This document shows, piece after piece, positions 1 to 8,841 of a stretch of DNA of 64,000 bases. The position numbers and the translations under genes are program-made. Positions within the stretch are counted from its first letter, which is position 1. The number at the start of each line of letters is the position of its first letter. Location of the stretch: NCBI GenBank assembly GCA_963795085.1, contig CAWCFX010000006.1, forward strand, positions 544,001 to 608,000, written 5' to 3'. The notes under the pieces were generated by a model that worked only from the letters and a program-made list of their open reading frames with translations, was not told the origin of the DNA and did not search any database. This DNA is from an uncultured Gemmatimonadales bacterium. Its GTDB lineage: Bacteria > Gemmatimonadota > Gemmatimonadetes > Gemmatimonadales > GWC2-71-9.

Positions 1-267
1 CCCTCCCTGGTTGCCCAGCCCGGTGCCGCTGCCCCGCCCCCCGGTGGAAAACCCGGCGGGCGCCGCCAGCGTTCCGTCCGGTGCGCGGGGAAAAGCGAGG
101 ACGGCGTTATCGGTTGGGTCATTGCTGAGGACGTACACGGCGCCCGGTTCATCCGCCGCCGCGGCCGCAATGCCGAAGTCGGGGGAAACGAACGGCTCGG
201 ACGGGCTATCGGAGCAGGCGGCCACCAGCAGCGAGGCGGGAAGCAACGCGAGCAGGATTCTTGGCAT
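1..267 (-). CDS. Secreted/lipoprotein beta-propeller (lactonase-family) protein, N-terminal part; runs off the window start
   Basis: Not in the ORF track. Manual translation from ATG at 267 (AGGAG RBS upstream): MPRILLALLPASLLVAAC-SDSPSEP...GAVYVLSNDPTDNAVLAFPRAPDGTL...TGGRGSGTGLGNQG. Has a lipobox (LVAAC) and an N-terminus typical of lactonase-like propellers. Confidence 0.65.
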   Translation of the reverse strand, partial: MPRILLALLPASLLVAACSDSPSEPFVSPDFGIAAAAADEPGAVYVLSNDPTDNAVLAFPRAPDGTLAAPAGFSTGGRGSGTGLGNQGG

Positions 268-299
268 GAGGCATCTCCTGGGAAAGGTTGGTCTCAGGA

Positions 300-324
300 A
301 ACGCCACCAGGCACCGATCGGATC
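300..324 (-). promoter_or_regulatory. Putative ECF sigma promoter GATCC-N16-CGTT upstream of the lipoprotein gene
   Basis: Minus strand reads AAGATCC gatcggtgcctggtgg CGTTTCC; same elements and 16-nt spacing as the site upstream of the sigma gene (1675-1699). Confidence 0.6.
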
Positions 325-1029
325 TTACAGCTCGAGGTGGGCCAGTTCCTTGCCGCGGGGAACCTCGATGGATCCGCCGGCTGGTTCCATGGTCAGGGCT
401 CCGCCGCGGACGGCGCGGGCGCCGGGCGGCATGTCCAGCATCAGCACCGCCGGATTGCGTTCATCGCAGATGACCTCGGCGCCGTGCACCATGCCGTCCG
501 CGGTGATGAACCAGAAGGTATAGCGCTCGCCGGCGGGCGCCGCGGGGATACCGTGGACCACCACTTTCCACCGGTGCGTCGTCTCGTCCGCGAAGATCAG
601 CATGCCTCCCTGTTTGCCGTCCATGGTGATGGAAGCCTGGAGGATGCGTTCCGCCTGCAGCACCGACAGCGTGTCCCGGGCGGCGGCGAGGTCCCTTTCC
701 AGCCGGTGGAGCTCCCCGCGCTGACGCAGCGCCGCGCCGGCGAGGGCCAGCGCGGCGAGCACGGCGGCGGCAAGCGCGGGAACCAGCCAGCGAGACCGGG
801 CCGGGCGCCGGGTCACCTGGTGCACGACCTCGCTGGTAAACCCGGGGCGCGGGGTCACCGGGGTGACGCCCATGGGAAGCCAGGCCAGGTCGCGTTCGGC
901 AGCGGCGACCGCGTCTCGGCAGTCACCGCAGTGCGCCAGATGCGCGTGGAACAGGCGCTCCTGTGCCGCGTCAAGGACCCGGGCGGCGAATTCGTCGCGG
1001 TGCTCGATATACCAGTCGTGGGTGCTCAT
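325..1029 (-). CDS. Anti-sigma factor (zinc-finger HxxxCxxC N-terminus, one TM helix, RskA-like C-terminal domain)
   Basis: HLAHCGDC motif, hydrophobic segment WLVPALAAAVLAALALAGAAL, C-terminal YTFWFI...ALTMEPAGGS..P; overlaps the sigma gene stop. Confidence 0.85.
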   Translation of the reverse strand: MSTHDWYIEHRDEFAARVLDAAQERLFHAHLAHCGDCRDAVAAAERDLAWLPMGVTPVTPRPGFTSEVVHQVTRRPARSRWLVPALAAAVLAALALAGAALRQRGELHRLERDLAAARDTLSVLQAERILQASITMDGKQGGMLIFADETTHRWKVVVHGIPAAPAGERYTFWFITADGMVHGAEVICDERNPAVLMLDMPPGARAVRGGALTMEPAGGSIEVPRGKELAHLEL

Positions 1030-1661
1030 ACGACCCAGTCCTTGAGTTCCGCCAGGCTGCCACGCAACCGGTCGAGAGCCAGACGCAGGCGGGTCTTCAC
1101 GGTTCCCAGGGGGATCGCCAGCCGCTCCGCCACTTCGGAATGGGAATGCCCCTCGAAGTAGGCCAGCCGGAGCGCCTGCTGCTGCTCCGCCGGCAGCTCG
1201 GCGACCGCCGAGTGGACGGCGGTATGCACGTGCCAGCCGGGAAGCGCGGCCTCGTTGGGTTCCGCCGCCGCCGTGAAGGTTTCCTGGCTGGCGGTCACCC
1301 GCTCCCCCAGCGACCAGCGGCGGCGGCGGGCCCGGAGCCGGTCAATTGCCCGGTTGCGGGCCACCTGCACCAGCCAGGCGAGCAGGCCGCGGGGGCCGTG
1401 GTCCGGCGGCGGCACTTTCTCCCAGGCGATTCGAAAGGTCTCCAGCACGATGTCCTCGGCCTCATCGGCGTCCCCCAGCATGGCCTGCACGATCCCCAGC
1501 AGCCAGGGCGAGAGCAGCTGCACCAGCTCAGCCAGCGCCTGCTCGTCCCGTGCCGCGAGCCGGGCACGTAGATCGTCCTCCCTCGCGTCGGTGATCAGGC
1601 GGGGGGTTCCCCGGCCCGGCGGCGTGCCGGTTCCGGCCTGGGAGTGGCGGGTGGAAGCCAT
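1026..1661 (-). CDS. ECF RNA polymerase sigma-70 factor (SigK/RpoE-like)
   Basis: Region 2 (AEDIVLETF..AW, WLVQVARNRAIDRLR) and region 4 (LPAEQQQALRLAYFEGHSHSEVAERLAIPLGTVKTRLR). Confidence 0.93.
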   Translation of the reverse strand: MASTRHSQAGTGTPPGRGTPRLITDAREDDLRARLAARDEQALAELVQLLSPWLLGIVQAMLGDADEAEDIVLETFRIAWEKVPPPDHGPRGLLAWLVQVARNRAIDRLRARRRRWSLGERVTASQETFTAAAEPNEAALPGWHVHTAVHSAVAELPAEQQQALRLAYFEGHSHSEVAERLAIPLGTVKTRLRLALDRLRGSLAELKDWVV

Positions 1662-1674
1662 GGTCTGGCAAGGT

Positions 1675-1699
1675 AACGCCCCAGCCGGAGAGTTGGATC
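1675..1699 (-). promoter_or_regulatory. Putative autoregulatory ECF promoter GATCC-N16-CGTT
   Basis: Minus strand reads GGGATCC aactctccggctgggg CGTTACC, just upstream of the sigma ATG at 1661. Confidence 0.6.
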
Positions 1700-1733
1700 C
1701 CGGCAGGGGCGAAGCGCGCTGGTGTTGAGGCGG

Positions 1734-3071
1734 CTACGACGCCGCGGTCGGGGCCGGCGGCGCTCCGCGGGCAATCGCGAAGGCCTTCTGCATGTGAGGG
1801 GGCATTTCGTCCGACTCGGGTGGTTCGCCCGCCGCGTCCATGATCTGGGTGAGGTCCACCCGGTCGTACCCGCCCGACAGCAGCACCACGAACCGCTCCC
1901 GGAGCAACGGGATCTGGCGGGCCCGGCTGATGATGTTGTTGGCGTCCTTCCGCTCCAGAATGCCGTACCAGTTGTAGATCATCTTGAAAATCGAATACAT
2001 CGGGTGCTTGATCCGGCGCTCGTAGGGCGCCAGCAGCTCGGCCGAGAACCGGTCCTGGCGGAAGCAGTCGAGAATACACTCCGAGGCGTACACCCCCCCC
2101 CGCATGGCCAGGGTCACCCCGGCCGAGAAGATCGGGTCGATGAACATCGAAGCATCCCCCACCAGGACGAAGCCGTCCCCCACGAACCGCTCGTTCAGGT
2201 AGGAGATGTTGGAAATAGTCTGCATCTCCATGGTCTGCTCCGCGCCGGCGACCCATTCGCGTACCCGGTCGCAGCTGGCGACCGCCTTGTCATAGCGCTC
2301 CTGGGGGGTATCGCCCAGGCTCTTGGCGAACTTGGCATCGAGCACCACGCCGACACTGACCACGTCGTCGGCGAGCGGGATGTACCAGACCCAGCCGCCA
2401 TCAATGGTATGGATGTCGGTGGTGGTCGAGGTGGGCATGATCTCGCCCACCGTCACCACTTCGGCCGGGTCCCGCCGGATGCCGCCCTTCACGTGGGTGA
2501 AATGAGAGATCTTGTTCAGCGTCGGATCCGGCTTGCGCCACCCCATCTTCCGGGCCACGAGGCAGTCCCTGCCGGAGGCATCCACCACCACCCGGGCGTT
2601 GATCCGGTGCGGTTCGGCGCCATTGGGCCCGGCCATCACGCCCACCGCCTGGTCCCCCTCGAAGACGACTTCCTTGACCGACCATTCCTCGCGAACCTCG
2701 GCGCCGCGCTTACGGGCGTGGTTCAGCAGGATCTCGTCAAACCGGGCCCGCTCCACGTGGTAGGTCCAGGGCCGCAGGAAACACTCCGGGTACTCGGCGG
2801 TCAGCAGTTTGACGTCTTCCTTCGCGTTGAACATCCCGAACATGATGCCCTGCTTGATGACAAACCCGGCCTGCTCGAGATCGGCCGAGATGCCGAGGCG
2901 TTCCCAGATTTCCCAGGCGCCGGGCAGCAGCGACTCGCCGATGTGGAAGCGGGGAAATTTCTCCCGCTCCAGCACCAGGACCTTGAGCCCTTCGGGCGCG
3001 AGCATGGCCGCCGTGCTGGAGCCGCCCGGGCCCCCGCCGATGACCACGACATCGAAAGTTTCCTGTTTCAT
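1734..3071 (-). CDS. Flavin-dependent halogenase (PltA/PrnC-like)
   Basis: GGGPGG FAD motif, FPRFHIGESLLP, putative catalytic Lys in GFVIKQG, WVWYIPL (WxWxIP), GDASMFIDPIFSAGV. Confidence 0.85.
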   Translation of the reverse strand: MKQETFDVVVIGGGPGGSSTAAMLAPEGLKVLVLEREKFPRFHIGESLLPGAWEIWERLGISADLEQAGFVIKQGIMFGMFNAKEDVKLLTAEYPECFLRPWTYHVERARFDEILLNHARKRGAEVREEWSVKEVVFEGDQAVGVMAGPNGAEPHRINARVVVDASGRDCLVARKMGWRKPDPTLNKISHFTHVKGGIRRDPAEVVTVGEIMPTSTTTDIHTIDGGWVWYIPLADDVVSVGVVLDAKFAKSLGDTPQERYDKAVASCDRVREWVAGAEQTMEMQTISNISYLNERFVGDGFVLVGDASMFIDPIFSAGVTLAMRGGVYASECILDCFRQDRFSAELLAPYERRIKHPMYSIFKMIYNWYGILERKDANNIISRARQIPLLRERFVVLLSGGYDRVDLTQIMDAAGEPPESDEMPPHMQKAFAIARGAPPAPTAAS

Positions 3072-3120
3072 CTATTCTGCCCTTTGAGCCTTGAGAACCG
3101 GGGAAAACGACGGCGCCGCA

Positions 3121-4476
3121 CTACCCCGCTCTACTGACGGGTTCCACGATCTTGAGCGCGGACAGTGATTCCGACTTGTCCGAGATGAACTCGTCATCGG
3201 TCTCCGGGTTGAGACCGGCCTCCCGCACCATCCGCCGCAGATTATCGGACCGGTTGGTAGTCGCCGCGGCCGTCAGGGCCAGGCCCAGCTCGTTGGGGGG
3301 CATGGACAGGATGAAGTTCCGGACCCCGGCGGCATCGATGCCTTCGCCGCCGAAATCGCCGAAGGCGAGCAGCCGGGAGAACCCGTAGTACTCGAGCAGC
3401 CGGCGGCGGAACATCTCCCGGAAAAACGGTTCCCGGGCCGGCTTTTTCATGGCCTGGTCGATGGCCCAGGTGCAGACCGTGGCGTTGTACATGCCGGTGG
3501 TCACCCCCTGGGAAAAGATCGGGTCCACGAACGAGGCGGCATCGCCGATGCAGAAATAGCCGTCGCCGACCACGTTTTCGGAGTAGTAGGAGTAGTCGGG
3601 CCTGAAGAAGAGCGAATCCGGCACGTAGGTGGCACCGGCCAGCAGGTCCCGCAGATAGGGAATGCCCGTCACGGTCCGGAGGAAGTACTCCTCCTGGGCC
3701 TTCTTGTTCATTCCCTTGGTGGCGTCGGTATTGATCACCAGCCCGATGCTGGTCGTGTCGCGCAGGATAATGTGCCACGCCCACCCGTCCTTGTAGGACA
3801 GGACAAAGGTGACCGGCCGGGCCTGGTAGACCTGGTTGGCCTCATACACCTCGCGGTCGGCGCCCAGGAAGCGGGCGTTCTTGAAATATCCCCACATGCC
3901 CAGGTACTTCCCGTCTGCGCTGACCCGGCGCCGGGCATTGGCCTGGCCCGCGATCACGCCGCTGATCCCGCTGGCGTCCACCACGTAGCGGGCGACGACA
4001 CTGCCCTCCGCGCTGCTCCCTCCGCGCCGATCCTCGTAATGCACCACGGGCGCGTCTCCCCGGCTCAGGTCCACCCGGCGCACCGTAACCTCCTCGTGGA
4101 CCTGGGCGCCCACCGACTCGGCGTGGCGAAGCAGGAGATGGTCGAAGCGGTCCCGCTCCACGTGCAGGGCGGCCCGCTGGACATACCCGAACCGGTCGAA
4201 CCGGATCTGCCGGATCTTGCCGTCCCACACCACGATCCCGCCCGCCTTGGTGACGAATCGCTCGGCATCCACTTTCGCGGTCACCCCCAGTGCTTCGGCG
4301 AACTTCCAGAAATGGGGGATCAGGCTCTCGCCCACCGTGGGGCGGGGATGCCGGGCCTTCTCCAGCAGCAGGGTCTCGTAGCCTGCCCGCGCCAGGAGGT
4401 TGGCCACGCTGCTGCCCGCTGGCCCGCCGCCGATCACGACGACATCGGCCCGGGATGGAATAGTGGTGGTCGTCAC
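3121..4476 (-). CDS. Second flavin-dependent halogenase-like protein
   Basis: Likely GTG start at 4476 (the ORF-track extension overlaps the porin gene). GGGPAG, RPTVGESLIP, FVTKAG Lys, variant WAWHII motif, GDAASFVDPIFSQGV. Confidence 0.8.
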   Translation of the reverse strand: MTTTTIPSRADVVVIGGGPAGSSVANLLARAGYETLLLEKARHPRPTVGESLIPHFWKFAEALGVTAKVDAERFVTKAGGIVVWDGKIRQIRFDRFGYVQRAALHVERDRFDHLLLRHAESVGAQVHEEVTVRRVDLSRGDAPVVHYEDRRGGSSAEGSVVARYVVDASGISGVIAGQANARRRVSADGKYLGMWGYFKNARFLGADREVYEANQVYQARPVTFVLSYKDGWAWHIILRDTTSIGLVINTDATKGMNKKAQEEYFLRTVTGIPYLRDLLAGATYVPDSLFFRPDYSYYSENVVGDGYFCIGDAASFVDPIFSQGVTTGMYNATVCTWAIDQAMKKPAREPFFREMFRRRLLEYYGFSRLLAFGDFGGEGIDAAGVRNFILSMPPNELGLALTAAATTNRSDNLRRMVREAGLNPETDDEFISDKSESLSALKIVEPVSRAG

Positions 4477-4490
4477 GATAGCTCGTCCGT

Positions 4491-5954
4491 TCAGAATTTC
4501 AGGGTGACTTCCGCGTACCCGAACTGCCCGGACCGGTCCGGGTAGATCGCCTGGACGACCTCGCCGGCAAACGCGTGGCCGGCATAGACGTGGAACGTGG
4601 CCAGGGCGCTGGGATCCCAGGTTACCCCGAGATCGACCAGGGTTGCCAACTGGGTTTCGCCGTTGGAGGGCCTGCCGCCGTACCCGAAGTTGCCCCGGCG
4701 GCGGAACGCGCCCGATCCGGCATACCAGAGATCGGCCGCCTCGGCGAGTTCCAGTTTTCGCAGGTCGGTCCGCAGGGATAGCTTGCCGGGCACCGGCCGG
4801 AGGATCGCCTGCAGGAACAGCTCCTTCGTGTTCATGGCATTGAAGAATGGAAACTGGGCATACTGCCGCACCGTGGTGAGCGCAGGGAAAAAGGTCCGGT
4901 GGGTGCCGTCCCCGGCATCGTCGTCGCCGGAGCCCTGGAAGTAGCCGGCGCGGATCCAGGGCCGCCAGGGCGCCCGTGGCTGGTAGCCAGCCTCGGCCGC
5001 GACGGCCCAGGCCCGATGCCGGAGCATACCCCACTCGCCGGTCTGCGCCGTTCCCCAGAGCATCAGGTCGGCGTCGCCACCTCCCAGCTTCATGGCGCGG
5101 GCGATGTGCCCCCCAAACATCGAGATGCCAATATCCTCTCCGTCGGCAGCCCGCGCCGGAGCGGGGCGGTTGTCTACTTTGGTCACCGTGTCCGCGGCAT
5201 TCCGGGAGTCACGGTAGCCGTAGAAGAAGAGGCGAACGTCGGTGCGGTCCAGCAGGGCACCCGGCTTGAGGGTAAGACTGCCGCCGCCGATCGATACTTC
5301 GCCGATCCGGTCCATGCCTTCCAGCTCGAAGCCGCCCTGCCGCGGATAGAGCAGAAGCGCAGTGGCATTAACGGGGCCCCGGGTGACCGAGGCCTGCCCC
5401 CCATCGAAGCTGCGTCCCCCGTGGCTGAAGGCGAAGGTCCCGATCAGCCGCGCGGAGAGCCGGACCCGCTTGAGCCAGTCAATCGTCGGATCCCCGCTCA
5501 TCACCTCGAGGCCGTCCAGGTATTCCATGCGGCCCAGCCGCAGAAACGTCTCGGGCCGGCTGGCGCGCAGCGTCACATACGCCTGGTTGAGAAATACCCG
5601 GCTGATATCCCGCTCCTGGTGCTGCGCGAAGTAGGTGGCCCCGAGTCCCAGGTCGCCGGCGGGCGGTGCAGCGGTCGCGTCATCGGGCAGGCCGAGCAAC
5701 GTGGAGTTCTGGAGATCCACCCGGGCATCCAGCCAGCGGGGCGCCCGGTAATTCAGCACCAGGTTGGTCCGGGCGGCCAGAAACCCGTAGCTGTTGTCAG
5801 CTGCGGACGCGGCGGGCTCGAACCAGTTCCATTGTTCGTACCGGACCCGGGAGGTCGCGTTCAGACGCACTTCATGGCGCGCCGGTGCCGGTGTCTGCGC
5901 CAGAGCCTGTCCGGCCAGGACACCCGCCATGGACAGCAACGCCAGGGTACGCAT
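4491..5954 (-). CDS. Outer-membrane beta-barrel, alginate-export (AlgE-like) family
   Basis: Signal peptide MRTLALLSMAGVLAGQALA, R-x-R-Y-E first strand, LNQAYV, RLGR.E, GRSFDG, GSGDDDAGDG, C-terminal YAEVTLKF; TGATG coupling with the ABC ATPase. Confidence 0.75.
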   Translation of the reverse strand: MRTLALLSMAGVLAGQALAQTPAPARHEVRLNATSRVRYEQWNWFEPAASAADNSYGFLAARTNLVLNYRAPRWLDARVDLQNSTLLGLPDDATAAPPAGDLGLGATYFAQHQERDISRVFLNQAYVTLRASRPETFLRLGRMEYLDGLEVMSGDPTIDWLKRVRLSARLIGTFAFSHGGRSFDGGQASVTRGPVNATALLLYPRQGGFELEGMDRIGEVSIGGGSLTLKPGALLDRTDVRLFFYGYRDSRNAADTVTKVDNRPAPARAADGEDIGISMFGGHIARAMKLGGGDADLMLWGTAQTGEWGMLRHRAWAVAAEAGYQPRAPWRPWIRAGYFQGSGDDDAGDGTHRTFFPALTTVRQYAQFPFFNAMNTKELFLQAILRPVPGKLSLRTDLRKLELAEAADLWYAGSGAFRRRGNFGYGGRPSNGETQLATLVDLGVTWDPSALATFHVYAGHAFAGEVVQAIYPDRSGQFGYAEVTLKF

Positions 5955-6793
5955 CAGCGGGCCCCCGTTGAACCAGGTGGAGCCTTCGGGTGGGTCGCTT
6001 CGTGCTGCTCTTCCAGCCGGTGGACCATGGTTTCCCAGGGGAGGGCCGATGGCGACAGGCCCAGCTCGGTCAGCACCCTCTCCTTGAGAGCCACCAGCAT
6101 GAGGCTGGACATGATCCGGGGCTGCGGAATATTTACTTCGACGACGCACTTGACCCGGCCGGGCCGAGGCGTCATGACATAGATCCGGTCGGCGAGGTGA
6201 AGAGCTTCCTCGACATCGTGGGTCACCAGCAGGCAGGTATGCCGGTCCTGCGCCAGGATGCGGAGGAGCTCGCCGCGCATCTTCATCTTGGTCAGTGCAT
6301 CCAGCGCCCCGAATGGCTCGTCCATGTAGAGCAGGTCAGGCTTGGCCATCAGGGCGCGGGCCACCTCCACCCGCTGCAGCATACCGCCGGAGAGCTCGTG
6401 GGGATAGCGGCCTTCGAAGCCTTCGAGGCCGACCAGTTCGATGTAGTGCCGGGTCAACCGCTGCCGCTCGGCATCCGGACTGCCGTTGAGTGCCAGCTCC
6501 AGGTTGCGGCCCACCGTCATCCACGGAAAGACCGACCCCCGCTGGGTGATCATGATACCCCGGCGGCTGGGCTCCCCCACCGGGCGGCCGCCCACCAGCA
6601 CCTCGCCCCGGTCCGGCTGGTCGAACCCGGCGATCATGTTGAGCAGGGTGGATTTGCCGCAGCCCGATGCGCCGACGATGGCGACGAACTCCCCGTCCGC
6701 CACGGTGAGCGACATGTCCTCGAGAGCGGAGATCTGGCCCTCCGAGGTGGGAAAAGTCTTGTAGACGCCCTGGACAGAAATACTAGCGCCCAT
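5954..6793 (-). CDS. ABC transporter ATP-binding protein, NitT/TauT family
   Basis: Walker A GASGCGKST, signature LSGGMLQR, Walker B YMDEPFGALD, VTHD. Confidence 0.95.
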   Translation of the reverse strand: MGASISVQGVYKTFPTSEGQISALEDMSLTVADGEFVAIVGASGCGKSTLLNMIAGFDQPDRGEVLVGGRPVGEPSRRGIMITQRGSVFPWMTVGRNLELALNGSPDAERQRLTRHYIELVGLEGFEGRYPHELSGGMLQRVEVARALMAKPDLLYMDEPFGALDALTKMKMRGELLRILAQDRHTCLLVTHDVEEALHLADRIYVMTPRPGRVKCVVEVNIPQPRIMSSLMLVALKERVLTELGLSPSALPWETMVHRLEEQHEATHPKAPPGSTGAR

Positions 6794-7529
6794 TGGCGTA
6801 CCTCCAGCGAACTTCTTTCAGGGTCTCCAGTTGGCGCATCAGGATATCCAGCAGGAACCCGATCACGCCGATGATCACCATGCCCGCGACCACGAGGTCA
6901 TAGCGCATCCCGGCATTCCGGGAGTCGATGATCAGGTATCCCAGCCCCGAATTGATGGCGACCATCTCGGCCGCAACCACCACCAGCCAGGCCACACCCA
7001 GCGCCACCCGCATTCCGGTAATGATCTGGGGAAGGGCCCCCGGGAAGATCACGGTGGTGAACAGCTTGAGCCCGGAAATGCCGAAATTCTTGGCGGCCCG
7101 GATGTACTGCCGCTCCACCAGGTGCACACCGGCCGTGGTGGACACCGCGATGGGGAAAAAGGAGGCCAGGAAGATCAGGAAGATGGGCGAGGCATCGCTG
7201 ACGCCGAACCAGAGGATCGCGAGCGGAATCCAGGCGATGGGCGAGATCGGCCGCAGCATCTGGATCAGGGGATTGAGCGCGCTGAAGGCCCGGCCGTACC
7301 AGCCCATGGCGATCCCGATGGGTACCGCGGTCAGCACCGCGAGACCGTAGCCGGCCGTCACCCGGTAGAGCGAGGCGGCGATATGCTGGGTCAGCGTGCC
7401 CTCTTCCCAGAGCGCACGGATCCCGGTCACCACCGCCAGCGGGGTCGGAAAGATGATGCTGCCGCTGGCCGCGATCCACCAGAGACCCAGCAGCGCGGCG
7501 ATGACCAGAACCGGCAGCAGCCGGTTCAT
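6783..7529 (-). CDS. ABC transporter permease, NitT/TauT family
   Basis: LRPISPIAWIPLAILWFG, EAA-like loop YIRAAKNFG, WLVVVAAEM..NSGLGYLI. Confidence 0.95.
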   Translation of the reverse strand: MNRLLPVLVIAALLGLWWIAASGSIIFPTPLAVVTGIRALWEEGTLTQHIAASLYRVTAGYGLAVLTAVPIGIAMGWYGRAFSALNPLIQMLRPISPIAWIPLAILWFGVSDASPIFLIFLASFFPIAVSTTAGVHLVERQYIRAAKNFGISGLKLFTTVIFPGALPQIITGMRVALGVAWLVVVAAEMVAINSGLGYLIIDSRNAGMRYDLVVAGMVIIGVIGFLLDILMRQLETLKEVRWRYANGR

Positions 7530-8695
7530 GGCAGCGACTGGCTGAGATCCACCGGCCTGGCGTTCTTCATGAACGTCTCGTCAATGTAGGTCTGGTAGGG
7601 GATCTCGTGGGTGATGATCCCGGCCTCCAGCGACAGCTTCATCAGTTCCTCGAATTCGGCGTGCACCAGGTTGAGGTCCCCGTAGGTCACCCGGTCCGCG
7701 GGCCGCTCCATCACCCAGCGGATCAGGTCGAAGGCCTGGTTGAACATGGACTTGTCCGACGCAATCCGGGCGGCCGTGACGCGGTTCTCCGGGCTGGTTT
7801 CCAGCCACTGCCCGGCCGCCAGCACGTGATCCACCAGCAACTGCACCGTCTCGGGATCTTCGTCAATCAGTTCCTGCCGCACCGTCAGGACGCAGCAGAT
7901 GTAGGTCGGCCATTCGTTCCGGGTCATGTGCAGGATCCGGGCGTAGCCGTCCATTTCCGAGCGGGCGCCGAACGGCTCCCCCGTGGCGTACGCATCCACC
8001 GCGTTGGCCAGCAGGGCGGCGGGCATGTCGGGCGGGGCGATCTCGACCATTTCGATGTCCGCATCCACCAGCCCGTGCTCACGCATCAGCCGGCGGACGA
8101 AGATATGGTCCACCGCGAACCGGCTGGGAATCGCCACCCGCTTCCCGCGGAGATCCCCGAAGGTGCGGTAGGGCGAGTCCTTCTTGACCATGATCACCGC
8201 GCCGGACCGGTGCCCCAGTGCCACCACCTTGACCGGGACCCCCTTGTCGGCCAGGTCCATTGCCATCGGCGCCAGCATCATGGCCACCTTGAGCCGCCCG
8301 GCCACCAGGGCCTCCTTCAACTCGGGCCACCCGCTGTAGCGGACATAGGTCGCGATCTGGGGCACCCGCGCGGCCAGCGACTCGGCCTGCTCCGCCGTGG
8401 GCATGTCCATCCCGGGCATTCCCGCCATGGGACCGCCCGAAGTGTCCATGCCATCCGCCATGTTGATCGGCTCACCTTCGGTCGTCATCGCCCTACAGGC
8501 GATCGGAATGGTGAGGTTTCAGGTAACCGGTAACGCGCCGATCTCGAGCAACTCGCCCGCGCCTTTGGTCGTCCCGGGGCGGTCCTGTCCCCGCCGGTAG
8601 GCGACCGTGATGAACAGGGCCCAGCCGAGAATTGCCGCGATCACCAGCGGCCTGCGGTACCGCTGCCAGTACCGGGAAATGCTTGCGCTCGCCAT
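7526..8695 (-). CDS. ABC substrate-binding protein (NMT1/NitT-type) with in-frame TGA at codon 59; candidate selenoprotein
   Basis: ORFs 8519-8785 and 7526-8488 share a frame and are separated only by TGA at 8519-8521 (..LEIGALPVT*NLTIPIACRAMTTEG..). The upstream part supplies the TM anchor; the downstream part has GWPELKEAL, DLRGKRVAIPSRF, GEPF and YICCVL. Confidence 0.75.
8487..8503 (-). promoter_or_regulatory. Candidate bacterial SECIS hairpin
   Basis: mRNA reads UGA-aaccucaccauuccg-AUCGCC-UGUAG-GGCGAU: a perfect 6-bp stem starting 15 nt after the UGA, with a G-containing apical loop. Confidence 0.6.
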
Positions 8696-8841
8696 GGGAG
8701 AGAAGCTCCAGTCCGCCGTAGTGTGCCCCCCGGGGAAGCAGGCCGCCATTGGCCCGCCCCAAGTCAAACCCAGATCCGCCGTCAAGGGGAACAGAGAAAG
8801 GGTACTGCCGCTACATGTTGCTTGCCAGCAACACCTTGCAG

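Noticed and set aside
3121..5034. N-terminally extended ORF calls (637-aa halogenase, 860-aa 42256-44838, 741-aa 37610-39835, 761/787/696-aa around ubiA-dprE)
   Set aside because: The extensions overlap other real genes and lack motifs; downstream starts coupled to upstream stops are more credible, so these are not fusions.
8519..8785. Independent 88-aa small protein upstream of the SBP
   Set aside because: It is in frame with, and supplies the missing N-terminus of, the substrate-binding protein; better explained as UGA recoding or a nonsense mutation.
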